A stretch of 64,000 nucleotides of DNA from Magallana gigas (Eukaryota). The stretch lies in contig NC_088855.1 in the NCBI RefSeq assembly GCF_963853765.1, positions 51,026,001-51,090,000 of the forward strand, in the 5' to 3' direction. Shown piece by piece: positions 12,064 through 24,930 of the stretch. Within the stretch, counting starts at the first letter, position 1; every line of letters starts with the position of its first letter. A program made the translations under genes and the position numbers. The notes under the pieces were generated by a model. That model was not told the origin of the DNA. It did no database searches and saw nothing but the letters and a program-made list of their open reading frames with translations.

Positions 12064-12999
12064 CAAAATAAAAATTCATACATTGACACGTTATTAAATA
12101 AGTATGTACGATAACAGTCTATACAATGAAATGATTGCAATATAGATGCATTTATATGTCACATTCTCTGTCAAAATATACAATTATACTTAATCTATAG
12201 TAAACACATTCATTCTAGAAAGAAAATAGTTAAAACTTGAGAAACAAAAATAACAACCCAGACATGTATTAGCGTGACTCAAGATTGTTCCCCGTTTAAT
12301 TAGAAGAACAAAATATTCTCACATACGGGGAAAAAGATCTAAAACACATAACAGATGATTGCGGATCGAGAAAAAACATTAAAATCTTTTCAATCAAGTC
12401 TTGACAAAATTAATTACACCAGGGGCCTGTGACAAAAATTTGGGTTACGGGAAATTGAAATATCAGAGCACATTTGATCTTAATTAAAGAAGCAACTTTT
12501 GACAAAATGTATTAAAATGAACAAAGATCGGATTTTTTTGGTCTGGGCTGTGGAAGGCTCTTATAGATTTTAATTAACTGCGTTCCTCTTTGAAACAAAA
12601 TATTAAGTTTCTAGAACTGATTCTACAAAATAATAATAATTTAACATTTTAGAGAAAAACATCTCCCATCGAGAGTGGTAATTATAAGTAAAGCAAATAA
12701 TTTATCAGCAATTATTCCTTTAGCAATTCATTAATGTAGAAAAATCTTACACTTATTTTGAACATATAATGAAACTCATTCACTTTAAAAACTATATACA
12801 TTTACTCACGTGTCATGCAAATATGCATGACAAACACAACATGTCATGATATTTGAGCATTTTGAAAATTCTATTAACACAACAAAAGCTTTATGTACAA
12901 TGAACAAAAATATAATTGTACATTGTTTCCCTTCGCCATGCCAGTGTGATAATATATGGACTCACCGTTTTGTTTCATACAAGTCATCGCTTATTAACT

Positions 13000-14232
13000 C
13001 TATACGTCCGAATCGTTAGTAGCAACAGTAGCTTGGGCTGTGGTATAAGTGTTCTTTGTTCGTCGATACTCCTGATGGAGAACGTTTTTCAGGAACAATT
13101 TTAAGAATGTGTCTCTGAACTGCTTGCTCATCGTGCAGTATAAAACAAAATTTATTCCATTGTTTATCAGTGTGATGATATCCAGCAGGTCTCCTAAAGG
13201 CATATAAATATACTCGAAAAAGCTTCCGTCCAGACCCCCCATTACACTTAGAACCCCCTGGGGAGTTTCAGTTAGTAAGAACAATATAACCACTGCTAAA
13301 AGCATCTTAGTCGTTCGGTTGCTTCGACTCTTTTTCTGCTTTCGAGACGACACAGTCGTGCTACTTGTGCTGGTCGCGCCGTTTTCTTCCGACATCGGGA
13401 CGTTATTCAGCAACCTCTTTCTGCGCCTCTCGGCGCGTCTCATTGTGTTGACTAAAAGGATGCTGAAGATGGTCAGTAAGAAACTAGGTAGGAGTTTGAT
13501 AAGAATTGCTTGTATCCAGAAATTCACACTGTATAAAACTTTCTCATAGTCGTGGGTGCTTTTCATATTAATGTGGAAAGTTGTTCCATTTGGTATCAAA
13601 CCATCAGGGTCGGTAAACGACGAGGAACCTATCGAAAGGTTAACAGAGTATGGAACACACACTAAAGTCACCACGATGACCACTGCAATTACGGCTATCT
13701 TGGCCTTGTGCATGTTACAGTAATGGGCCCCAAGACGTGGATGCCGGATGAAAATATATCGAAACAAAGCCAAAGTTACCGTTAGCCAAATTGAAATAGA
13801 ATGAACGACAACACTAAACAATGCATACCCCATCTGGAAGTGAGCCACCTGGTATGAGTCTCTTATGGGTGTAATTCTAGTCCCGTGAATAACGTACAAC
13901 AGTAAAGCATAAGGGATATAGGCCGCCATTGTTAAACCATCGGAAATGGCAAGACCCGTCAAAATTACATTAGTAGAAGTTTGCATATTTTTCCTGGTCA
14001 ACACCACGATATTTAGAATATTTGCTACCACTCCAAAGACACAAATAATTGGTGCCAAATAACCGTGAATTGGTTGGTACGATTTTTGAAACGCTTGCAG
14101 TTCCGGCACTGCGTTAATTCCTGTTACTACTCCCATCGCTGATTTTGAAGTGTCGTTATGACTGGACATTGGGACAGTGAAGTTATATGTCATATCGGAA
14201 AACGATGAGTTCAGATAAGAATAGTTCATCAT
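13000..14232 (-). CDS. Class A neuropeptide GPCR, myosuppressin receptor / DmsR (Srw-type) family, 410 aa, intronless CDS
   Basis: Seven hydrophobic segments with family motifs HGYLAPIICVFGVVANILNIVVLTRK, LAISD, HSISIWLTVTLALFRY, NFWIQAILIKLLP, RTTKMLLAVVILFLLTETPQG and DIITLINNGINFVLYCTMSKQFRDTF. N-terminal sequons NYS/NSS/NFT/NDT. The ORF track starts at a TTG (14244); the first in-frame ATG is 14232, with an in-frame stop at 14289-14287. Confidence 0.95.
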   Translation of the reverse strand: MMNYSYLNSSFSDMTYNFTVPMSSHNDTSKSAMGVVTGINAVPELQAFQKSYQPIHGYLAPIICVFGVVANILNIVVLTRKNMQTSTNVILTGLAISDGLTMAAYIPYALLLYVIHGTRITPIRDSYQVAHFQMGYALFSVVVHSISIWLTVTLALFRYIFIRHPRLGAHYCNMHKAKIAVIAVVIVVTLVCVPYSVNLSIGSSSFTDPDGLIPNGTTFHINMKSTHDYEKVLYSVNFWIQAILIKLLPSFLLTIFSILLVNTMRRAERRRKRLLNNVPMSEENGATSTSSTTVSSRKQKKSRSNRTTKMLLAVVILFLLTETPQGVLSVMGGLDGSFFEYIYMPLGDLLDIITLINNGINFVLYCTMSKQFRDTFLKLFLKNVLHQEYRRTKNTYTTAQATVATNDSDV

Positions 14233-14452
14233 GATGATGCGCAAAATCGAATTGTTTGTAGTGAACGAGCAGAAAAAGGCGAAACGTTAATTAAGTTATT
14301 CTTCGAATGACATTGCACAACAACTGAAGAGAATCACGCAAATTACAAGTGTCAGTAGGAACAGGCGAACGTCAGGGAAAATCGGGCGTGAAAAGTGTCC
14401 GTGTCTAGGGTGAAATTGTCAATCAAGGTGTCCGGCGGATCGTTAAGGAGTT

Positions 14453-14472
14453 CTGAAAATGAAATAATAAAC
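14453..14472 (-). promoter_or_regulatory. 3' splice acceptor opening the GPCR coding exon (5' UTR intron)
   Basis: Minus strand reads tttattatttcattttcag|AACTCC. Composition changes from AT-rich to UTR-like at 14452, 220 nt upstream of the ATG. Confidence 0.7.
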
Positions 14473-16662
14473 TTAAGGATAAATGACTTTCCATACAGAA
14501 ATGACAGAAAATATCATAATATACCGGTTTAATATATACCTCTTGATCGTAAATGAAACAACAAATTGTCAGAGCCAGTGTCAATTGTATTACTGAATAA
14601 AACGACCTACGTATGGAATAGTTTGTTCCAGTATTACCAACTGTCAGTTCACTCTCGCTTTTCCATCACAAAACTATATGGAAAACTGTTAAACAAAATC
14701 GTGCGACAGAAGATTATAGGAACTACAGAGTATTGCTAATGCTTCAAGGGGCGTCTTCTGAGATGCAGAATAGCGTGAGAGAAATGTGTCAAATCTTTAA
14801 TAAATGAGACATGAACACGGGAAACGCTAAATCACAAAATGCAAATTCCTTGTCGATTTATTCAGAGTTTAAATCCATTTTAAGTTCAATGTTAAAAGCG
14901 AAGACGTCAACATAGGCAATGGACATCATAAGCAAATATAAATTGATAAATATTTTGAGAATAGGTCTTTCAGCTTGTGACTCTTGAGGGATTGCGACAA
15001 GCTGAAGGAGTCGGATATAAAAAAAATTCAGAGCATCATGCTATAACAAAGAACGTTACTATCTATGATAACCTACACACTTCCACACATTTCCTTCTTT
15101 TCATGTTTTTTTTTAATGCTTCAAAATGTTTTTTTTATTATTTTGTTGAGTTATCTCTCATAAATATTTACTCTTTGCAGCTATACAAAATATCCTGTGT
15201 GTCTTATATTAGGTATGCAATTTTCGAGATCTAAAATGTAACTTTTGTCTTTATTAAGAGATATTTTTTTCTCCTTGCATTGAAGTTTATATTATACTTC
15301 TGCAATGATGCATTTTTTTGTCTATTGTTATGCCATACTAATAAGAACATATCTTATAAACATAATTATCTTAATACTAGTAGTTATTGCTGACGGTGTA
15401 TTTTTTACATGTGCATATCAGACAAATATATTAAAGAGGCTAGGTGGTCAAAAAGTTATCCATCAGGTCTTACCTAAACTTTTATATATATTTTTGGCAA
15501 TAATCTAATATTTCATAATCTATTATTTAGTATTAGTAAATGAAAAACATTTGCTTTAAAAAGTTAAACAGTTTTTTAATATATTATTATACAGAGCTCT
15601 TTGTGAAATGAAGGGTAATATAGTCTGCAATGGCCACGAACATCATCCCTCTTCACAGCTAATTTACCGGACATTTAAAGATGTGATATCAAATTCTGAT
15701 AGTTTGATTATCATACATGTACAATTTCGGCTGTTTAAAGTAGAAGCTTAATAAGCATTGTAAGTAAATTGAGATTTATTTCCATTTGTGTAGAGACCCA
15801 TGAGAATCCCTTTAAAATATCGCTCAGATATATATAAAGTAACTCGATCTATCAGAAAATATTTTGTTTGGCTAGAATTCAAAACTCTAGCTTTCTGCAC
15901 TTTACAATAACTTCGTAACGCCGAAAAAGAAGCTAAAATCCATAATATTAGAAGATTAAATCATCACTCTTCAATTGTTCCAAAATTTGGGTGTTACTTT
16001 GCTTGTTTTTTGAGAATTAATTTTTACCGTTTTTTAAATGGAAGGGCTTCATTATTGGCTGTACACTCATGGTTTGGTATGACGTCTAAACGTTTCATTA
16101 ATTATACATCCAACATTTCAAAAAATTGAAATTTTTTGAAATGTCAGAGATTATTTAAATTACAAATTTAAAAAGTATCTTGCGTTTGCAGCTACTCGGT
16201 CGTGCTTACTCATTTATTTTGAATACTGAGTGGAGTGATAAATAATTTTTGCTTAGTATAACATAAAAACCACATATCTTTTCTTTCAATCTCGATCAAA
16301 ACAAAAAACGCTCTACATATTTTTCCCATCTCAAATAATAAAGTCACCAACATTCCTGATAAAACGACTTAATGGCACACAACACATGGAGCTATTGTCA
16401 AAAGGATTTTAACAACGGTAGAACTAATTCTCTGATCCACTTTATCTTCATTTTTTGCTATGTCTTGCAAAAATCAATGTAGTGGGGCTGAAGAAAACAG
16501 ACCTAGGAAGGCTTGATGTCTCTTAGGCTCTCCTTAGGTACCTATTTCAACGAGAATATCCGCTAATCTTAACTACTCTACGCAGACGCAAGTGACGTTG
16601 GTAATACAGTTTTGATGTTAAATAACAGTCAAAGCAACCTATCGAACGAAAAAGTGTCTTAC

Positions 16663-16896
16663 TAGAGATCGAAAAGCGTTATATGGATATGAATTGTAAT
16701 CACAACACCTCGCAGACGACAACATATTGAAATCGTATGTTCCTGTACAAGCGGAATCCTCGCTTCCTGCGTCGATAGCTTGACACTTCTTTACATCTTT
16801 CCAGTCATTTATCATAGTTTTCTCGTCGTAGACGATAATGGGACATAATTGTGCACTCTTTGTGGTGTAAGGCACAAAATGTTCCAGATAAGTATC
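16663..16896 (-). CDS. candidate orphan Cys-rich exon (DTYLEHFVPY...LCPII...KCQAID...ACTG...RCCDYNSYPYNAFRSL)
   Basis: 78 open codons in a locally GC-richer tract, phase 0/0, donor CTA|GTAAGA at 16662. A 121-nt intron leads to an acceptor at 16542 giving VPKESLRDIKPS-stop (16541-16503). The upstream acceptor is weak and no homology was recognised. Confidence 0.4.
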
Positions 16897-17461
16897 CTTT
16901 TTAAGAGATTCTAATCAACGGGTTCATTTAAAAGAATCTTGTCAGACAGAAAATTAAATGTTTGAACAAGTTTATTGAAAGATATCGTCGCATCAGTACT
17001 TCTAAATCTGTCATTATAAACGGTCTTCCGAATAGTTCCTTCTAATAACGACCGACTTACTACAAGAACCTTTCTGGGTTATAATTAGAAATGATGTGAT
17101 TGCTATTAGGTTATTCCATTGTATTTCAGAGATGTAGATGTATGAAGTAAACAATTCATTGTTTTCCTAATTTTATATCCAGTATTCATCTTCTTTATGT
17201 TTTCATCTCGGACCCTGTAGACTACTCCAGTAGTACACCAAGTACCGTGTTAATCTTTCCGTCATGTGAACGTTTCTGCATTGCTCTATTGATAGCCAAT
17301 TTGCTATTGATATGGTTTAAATATTATGATACTACAGAGATTTTACATGCGGAAAGCAAGAACAAATCTATTCACTCAAAGCTATTCACTCACGAAAAGT
17401 AATCCGAGAAAATTTATTGTGACAAGAGGTAAACAAACAATTTGTAGACTTATCTTTGCTA

Positions 17462-17779
17462 TTATTATACTTTCATGTTAAATACTGTGATCTGATTGGT
17501 TAAAACGCAGTTGATAACCCGTTCTATTACCCTCAGCGTTAGCAACACACTTGGCAACGGGTAACACAACGAATTGTTACATGCGCGTACGGTTCGCCAC
17601 AGAATTCACGTCATTCCAATATAAAAGCAGTAAAGTTTTCTTTGAAATTAAACCATTCAGTATAATAAAATAAATAGTGCCTGTTTGGGAGGGTAAGAGT
17701 TGAAATTAACACCCCTTGAAAACCATTGTCAACCTCCGCTTCGCGTCGGTTGACAATGGTTTTCTCGCGGTGTCGATTT
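17462..17779 (+). mobile_element. Crypton-like non-autonomous element, copy 1 (terminal hairpin truncated)
   Basis: TTATTATAC (17462) ... GTATAATAA (17660-17668) inverted pair, then a long hairpin AAAACCATTGTCAACC-13 nt-GGTTGACAATGGTTTT (17719-17763). Reverse-oriented homologue at 57998-58301. The family label is from recalled architecture. Confidence 0.6.
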
Positions 17780-18143
17780 GGCTATGTTAAATACATACAG
17801 TTTCATTTAGATTAGTTTTTTTTGTTTTTAGCAATTTTCGAACAAAATTCAACAGTTTTAAGTTAATGTTTGGTTTTCGTTTGAATATAGTTCTTTCCAG
17901 AAGAAACTGACACTAAACAAGGCCAAAACGGTTTTTAACTAATAAAGGCTTGTTCGTGGTTTGTTTCTCGCTTGTAACTTGACGAAAGACTTATTTTGAA
18001 TGACTTAAATAATTTAAAAACTTTGAAAATGTTCAGCTCAGCCCGGTTTATTAAGCTTGGCAAGGTTCGGTAACTCTTTTAAATAACCTGGAATTATTAC
18101 TGCACATACCAGTTGCTTCAATTAAAGCAATACCATTTCCTTA

Positions 18144-18207
18144 GCTCATGGTATAGTAGTTAACGCATGTGTTCGAAATGGGATTATCCTTTTGGTTCGT
18201 CACTGAG
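18144..18207 (+). mobile_element. degenerate tRNA-like head (possible SINE remnant)
   Basis: CTCA...TGAG acceptor-like ends, A-box-like TGGTATAGTAG and B-box-like GGTTCGTCACT at tRNA spacing. The cloverleaf is not intact. Confidence 0.3.
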
Positions 18208-20788
18208 ATTGGCTCGATGGTCGTAGCTATTTAATACGATCTCTTTTAAAAGAAGGGCCTTGTGTAAATATTTAGGAAATACATAAATTGAAAGCTAAAA
18301 ATCAGAAATTTTTTAGTGGATGAAAAATTTAATTTTTAATTTATGACTATTTAATTTTAGTTTATGACTATGAAAATAACGTCTATAATTTTAAGGTAGG
18401 TTTGATTGTTAATTTGTTGCATATCAAACCTCCCTTTCGGATTTTCAAGTTTCAAATATTCCCATAGGAACTCAACTGGATTACCGTGCTTACACTTTGT
18501 AAAAAGCCTTAAAAATAATTACTTCTTTTGACTTATATAACGTATGAAGAACAAATAGCATATTTTAGTTAATAGAGTACTCTGAGCTAAGAATCGGAGA
18601 TTCTAAATGTAAAATTTGTTTAATGTTTTTCTCGATTTTATTTTTATCCAAAAAAAAACGAGATTAAAACCTGAATATGGGGTATATTTTCAGAAGTTAT
18701 GTTCGTGTCCAGAGGAATCATGTCTTACTTAACGAAAACCATTATAATACAAATATTTGCAAAGAATTTCTATTCAAAATGTCACGCTAGACGTATCTTC
18801 ATTATACGCACAACACGATGGAAAGATATGTATAAAACCCAAAGGATCCCGAGAATCGCATCTTAACGTCGACCTTATCTATGTTTTGATTGGTGAGTTC
18901 CAAAACGCAATCTTTATCTCCCGTGGCGTTCGATTGTTATTGCCGGGCCTACAAATAATATTCTCCACCACTTCAAATATATTGCAAAGCTCATTTGACA
19001 TCACATTTCCAATAATTTTTATTTGAAGAAAGTCTGCGAGGTGACGAAGCGGCCTTAAAACCAAAATAATGACTTTATTTCCATAATCAATACTTGCATG
19101 CTGAATATTTAGTCGTGGTACTGTTTATCAGGGTCGGTTCTTTAAAACAAAAATACAGTTCAGGAAAAAACAAATCAAGGTTAACCATTGATCTACACAC
19201 AAGTATACATTTCGATTTAGAGATACCGACACCCCCCCCCCCCTTCCCTCAAATCAACCGAATTTTAAAACAATATTGAAAACGCACATTTCAGCATTAC
19301 TTTAGAAGACGTCTTTAGATAGATGTTACCAATGACAGATAACCAATTCTGCCAACTGAATGGTTAGGTACAAGTAATAACCATGCGCATCGGTGAAAGT
19401 TCTCCATATAATCAAAGGAGACTGTTCCAATACAACACCAAAAAATTAAAACAAGAGCAAGCAAAAGAAAAATTATATTACTTTTAACAGTACATGATTC
19501 AACTATTTTCATTTTATAGCGTGATGTAGTAGGTTTGTTATTTACATGTATATGGGTAATTGCAAACTTCAGACAATCAATTCGGTAGGTAGAACCGTTA
19601 TCAAAGTCCTATTGAAATTTGAAATGTTTAGAGTGTTCTGTGTTCAAAATAGTTAAGAATGTAGTTTCGTCCTTTATATTGTCTAAAGAAGGAAAATACC
19701 ATACTCAATTAAATGGAATTTTTTATCTTCTCACTGTGTATTTCTCACTATGGTAACATTGTCGACACATGACCAGTAGGAAGGAAAATCCCTAACGACA
19801 TCATAAAATTTGGATAAATCACACAAAGCGGATTAAACGAAAAGCTTCCTTCATTTGTCTTTAATATCGGCGAGGGGTTGCTGAAGAATGGCGTTATTTG
19901 ACCGAAAAGACATTGCCTCTGTGTGCAAAAATTAGTTTTCTTGGTTCCTATTGATACCATGGAACTACAACCACTTTGAACGGTAAAATAAGTGATTCAC
20001 ATTACGTAATCACATATCAACTGGGGAGGTTAGCAGCTTCTACAAAGCTTCTTTATTTTAGAAAGGTACTAATAGGCAGACATATTATACCGTCACTCCT
20101 CAGAGGGGACTCTGTGTAAATAGCGTCTGGTGGATGAATTCGTGACCAAGCCTAATTATAACAAATTAAAAACGAAAGGACACTGGCATTCAACAATGGG
20201 ATCTTCTGATTTCTTGCGAATACCATATACTGTACGTGTGTGTACTGAATATTTCCCAAATCTACCAAAGAATGTTTTCTTAAAGTCGACGCAATTTTAT
20301 TGAGTCCCCCCCCCCCCCCCCACAACTCTGTTCTTAGATTAAACAGCATAGATAATATAAAACATGATCATTCAATTAAATGATGAATGTCTAGTCTGAT
20401 TAATTCAATGGATATTGTTCTGTGGAGTCTTTTATATCATTCAGCCCATTCTCAATTGTGCCTTTGTCTGTATGACTCGACTTCTTGGAGTCATTGTATA
20501 AGAATACGATCCAATAACTTCAGTCACCAAGTCCGAAAACTTAATTGCACTAATTGAATGATGTATGCAGATATCGGATTCCTGTTTACATCTTCGGTTC
20601 TTGAATGCTGATGACAAAAGGGTTAATTCTCTTTCAAAACTTCGTGCTGTTTTTTGTCTTTTTTGTGATTCGGTTGTTTTCTTTTGATAAAGAACTTACG
20701 CGAAAATAAAATGCATGTACTCATAAAACAGGAGGAAACAAATTAAAAACGTGACCATAAAACTAGAAATGGGGATTGAATATTTGAT

Positions 20789-20861
20789 TGAATGCCATAC
20801 TTCATTGTATAAATTTGGATGACGTGAATGCCATACTTCATTGTATAAATTTGGATGACGT
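20789..20861. repeat. perfect 36-bp tandem duplication
   Basis: GAATGCCATACTTCATTGTATAAATTTGGATGACGT twice (20790, 20826). Confidence 0.95.
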
Positions 20862-21252
20862 AAAATCAAATAACATGTTTCCGGTACCCAGGGGAAGAAA
20901 TAGTATGTTGAAAAGATTGAATAACGAATACATTCAATCAAACACGCTTGTTACGAAGTGCCAGGGACGGGCGATTTAACTTCGCTATAAACCTAATAAG
21001 TTATACCCGTCAAGTTTACAATTAATAAAAAAGTCTCGGGAAGTGCAAATCACTTCGCTGTAAGCGTCAATTCATTAAGTGTGTTCGCTTGAAATGTGTT
21101 TTACTTCCATTTTTGAATTTTCTTTTTATGTCTTTAAAATTTACATTGAATACCTTTAACACCGTTTGTAATATTTGATTCATCGATGAAACGTTGAAAT
21201 AAGTGGAATAAAAAAATATATATATGTTATCTTCTAATGATGGTAAATGAGT

Positions 21253-21273
21253 GATATCTATATACCGTACCTA

Positions 21274-21365
<92 letters not shown>

Positions 21366-21462
21366 ATTATATCTATATACCGTACCTATGATATCTATAT
21401 ACCGTACCTATGATATCTATATATCGTACCTATGATATTTATATACCGTACCTATGATATAT
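21253..21462. repeat. 22-bp minisatellite with an embedded (TA)~43 run
   Basis: Unit GATATCTATATACCGTACCTAT at 21253, 21368, 21390, 21412 and 21434; TA run at 21276-21362. Confidence 0.95.
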
Positions 21463-24026
21463 AAATGTATAAAAATCCATTTCAACTGGTAATAATATTC
21501 AATGTATGTATACTTATGCCCACACACAGTAAAAACAAGTACCTGGCCAAATATACATAATCTATGCATGTAACTCGACATGTGATATTCAAACGTATAT
21601 TTGAAATATCTTTGTTGCAAATTGAAGACATTGAAGATTGAAAAATAAAAATATGACTATGTACATGTAGAAACCTTACAATTATTTTCAAATTAGTTCT
21701 TAAAATAAAATAAAGGTAATGCCATAGGTCAAGTGGGGAAGGACAAACGAAAACAAAAATTAATATTTCATCAACAGCCTACAAATAGATCGATCGTATT
21801 AAAAAGCAGATGTAAAGAGAAAAGGGCCTGAAATGAACGTATGCTCCATCACGTCTGATATTTATTTTAGGGACAGTTTGTGTTTCTGCAAAGAATACGA
21901 ACACAAATGCAATTTGTTTATGATAGGATGTGTTACAACTGTGAAAATGCATTTAAAAGTAAAACAAGATTATCATTTTACAATTCTGGTTATTGCGTTA
22001 TTGCTGTTCTCGATCATATGAAAGTAATTATGCATTGTTTTGTGGCGATGAAATATAGTGATCATTGCAAATAATTCATTGCTAACGATTTGCTAGAAGT
22101 AATCGAGGTATGATGGCTCCAAACAACAAAAAAGATGCAAGTTTATAAACATGTACAAACTGCAGAAATACTAATACAGACAGTGGAAATAAATATGAAC
22201 ATTATCTCCTGTAAGTAATACATAAGCTTTAATGAAATGGTCAAAATTTTTAAATCTTTTGCAATCAAAGTTTGTAACAGTATTTTTTTTCATTTTTTTT
22301 TCAGCATAGAATTTACTATTGAATTGTCCTGTTGCATTGATTTTAAAGAGAGCACATTTTTGTATACCATTATTATTTTTTTATCCTTTTACAAACAAAT
22401 GAGAAATACTCACTGAATATGAAACGAACTAAGATAATCCTCTCCTCTTTAAATTGTATAATAATGAAACTGCCGTTTTTGTTTTGTTTAGCTTTACTGC
22501 GTCTTCGTAGAAGAATAATTGCACATATATTTGCAAAGTCAAGATTAAGTTAATTTGTGAAAGAATGAGGAGTGAAAATATTGATTTGTTTGTAAGGTCA
22601 AATATCTCGATATTGATAACGTGAATTCTATAGCATTTGCAAATTTAACCCAAAAAAAATTCAAAAAATAAAATCTACCTCTGAGAATTAGACGTGCATG
22701 CTCATTTTTTGTTCAAAATCTCATCCACTGAATTCCAAAACAAAGGTATCATAACCTCCAAAAAATGCACGTTTTTCCGCACGTGAAACAAACCGTGACG
22801 TGCAAAATAAGTTGTAGGCGATTGTAATTAGATAAATAGGCATTTTAAAGGATTGATTTTAGGATTTTGAAAATGAATAACATTAAACAGCCTTTATTTG
22901 GACATTAGCTTTCCTCATTACCAAGTTGAAATGGCAATACTTTTTACTTTGATTAAGTGATAATTTCGTGTTAGTTTCGTTTAATCAGATTTAGCACTGC
23001 TTTGAGAGTTTTAGAATTGAAGTTAACTTTGAAGCTGTGTAAGAGAATTCTTATAGTGAAATAATTACCGCAGCCAAGGCTGTCGGGCTTATTTAATTAG
23101 ATGATAGTGCAGCTGTTCTTATTTTTTTTTCTTTTATAAATCTAATCAACAACCTGGAACGTGTTTGTTTAACATATATTAAATGAAATAACACATTAGT
23201 TTTTGGAGGCTTTTCACCTCTGTAAAATGCTTCATATATTAATATAGAATATGGTTACAAATAACTGACGGTTTATTTCTTATGAATGTCCAACACAATG
23301 AATGATCAAATTGATTTCATGCTTTTGGTATGTGAATCCGACATAGGTGAATACAGTTTAATTCCTAATATAAGGTTTTTTTTTATAAGTGAATAGGAAA
23401 GGTAGTAAGTCAGATTTTATACATATACATAAAGTTAAATTAATGTGGACAGGTAAAATAATGTCATCAGAAAGCTTAATACATTACTAACGGTTTAATT
23501 TATTGCTCAGAGGTATGGGTACTATGTAAAATTAAAACAATCTGAAAAAATCTATTATATCAAGTCGACGTTAAAAGATTGATTGAAGGGAGAAAATACA
23601 GTATGTATATTGCTGATATATCTTGCACAAACGCGACATTTAAACATCTGATGTATACACAGGAGCACTTTTACTTAAAACGCTTTAAAAAAAAATAACC
23701 CTACGTCAAATCACTCTAGATACAAAGTGTACACTGTTTTGATTTTCTTCAAAGGGGTTTCTATAGCTAAACATCATATTTCTGTTGTATTTCTTTTTGC
23801 AGTTATCTAGAGATGTGGGTTAAGTGATGTATATACCCAAACTGTCAGAAAAATATTAATATATTTGAAGCTCGATCATTACTCTTGTTAGTTAAATTGA
23901 AAGTACTATTTGTCGCTTTAAATCGGTAGAGTTTAATTTTCTGGAATCACCTCCATCCCACCCCTACCCTTCTCCAATCTAAAAGACAAAACAAAACAAC
24001 ATCAAAATGATTCTCCATAGGTTTTG

Positions 24027-24059
<33 letters not shown>

Positions 24060-24930
24060 AATTGGTCTTTGTCTGTCGTCGTCCGTTAACATTTAACCCA
24101 GGGCGCCACAGGCGAGGCCAAATATGCAAAAATCTTCTTCTCTACTCCCACACATGTGAGGAAAAAACTCAGGTAAAAACTGAATGCATGGTTATGATGT
24201 CCATGAAACCATCTACCAAAATTGTGAAATTCATGGTCCTTGGGTCAGGGGTTCAGGATCGAGGGTGGGGCCATACATTAAAAATGTATTAGATCTTAGA
24301 AAATCTTCTCTACTCTCATATATATTTGTTAAAACCTAATGCATAGTTATGATGTTCATGAAGTCTTCTACCTAAATTGTGAAATTCATTACCCCTGGGA
24401 CAGGGGTTTACAATGTAAGCCCTAGGGCGGGGTCAATGTGGCCATATGGTGAAAATGTATTAAACCTTAGAAAACCTTCTTCTTTACTCCCACACATGTT
24501 GGAAAAAAAACTAAATGCATGGTTATGATGTCCACAAAGTCCTCTACCTAAATTGTGAAATTCATGGCCCCTGGGTCAGGGGTTCAGGCTGTGGGGGGAG
24601 GGGGCAATATGGCCATACAGTGTTAATGCATATAATGTGTAAAAATCTTCTCTACTCTCACACATCTGAAAGAAAGACTGACTTATTTATTATGTTTACC
24701 AGAAAGTCCTTTGTTAAAATTGTTAAATTTATGTCCCCTAGACAATGGATGTAAGGTGTTAATGCATATAATGTTTAAAAATTATATTCTCTACATCCAC
24801 ACACATTTAGGGAAAACTGAATTCATAATTTTGTAGACCAGGGAGTCCTCTATCAAATTTTCTTAATTTCATGTCCCCCGGGGTAGGGGTTCTGAATGTA
24901 GGGCGGGGCCAAAACACTCATAATTATAGT
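24027..24930 (+). mobile_element. Helentron-type non-autonomous element carrying ~5 units of a ~170-bp satellite (Cg170-like); 3' end not found
   Basis: 5' palindrome TAGGTCACCTGAGT-C-ACTCAGGTGACCTA (24027-24055), GTC-rich microsatellite, and units starting AAATCTTC..CTCTACTC near 24130, 24301, 24472, 24643 and 24779. Confidence 0.85.

Noticed and set aside
12916-13549. Plus-strand ORFs 12916-13104 and 13319-13549
   Set aside because: Antisense shadows of the GPCR CDS.
18144-18207. Functional tRNA gene
   Set aside because: Stems are not intact and the B box is degenerate; kept only as a possible SINE relic.
19881-20640. Hammerhead-like cores CTGAAGA (19881) and CTGATGA (20608; also 4871, 28.46 kb and minus strand near 50155)
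   Set aside because: No properly closed stem II followed by GAAA, and no stems I/III with an NUH site.
20440-20690. ~84-codon open minus frame without ATG
   Set aside because: No start, no consistent splice sites and no recognisable motif.
24056-24754. ORFs within the satellite-bearing Helentron (also 32692-32883, 50155-50418, 63188-63370)
   Set aside because: Chance frames in tandem repeat units; no Rep/helicase motifs.
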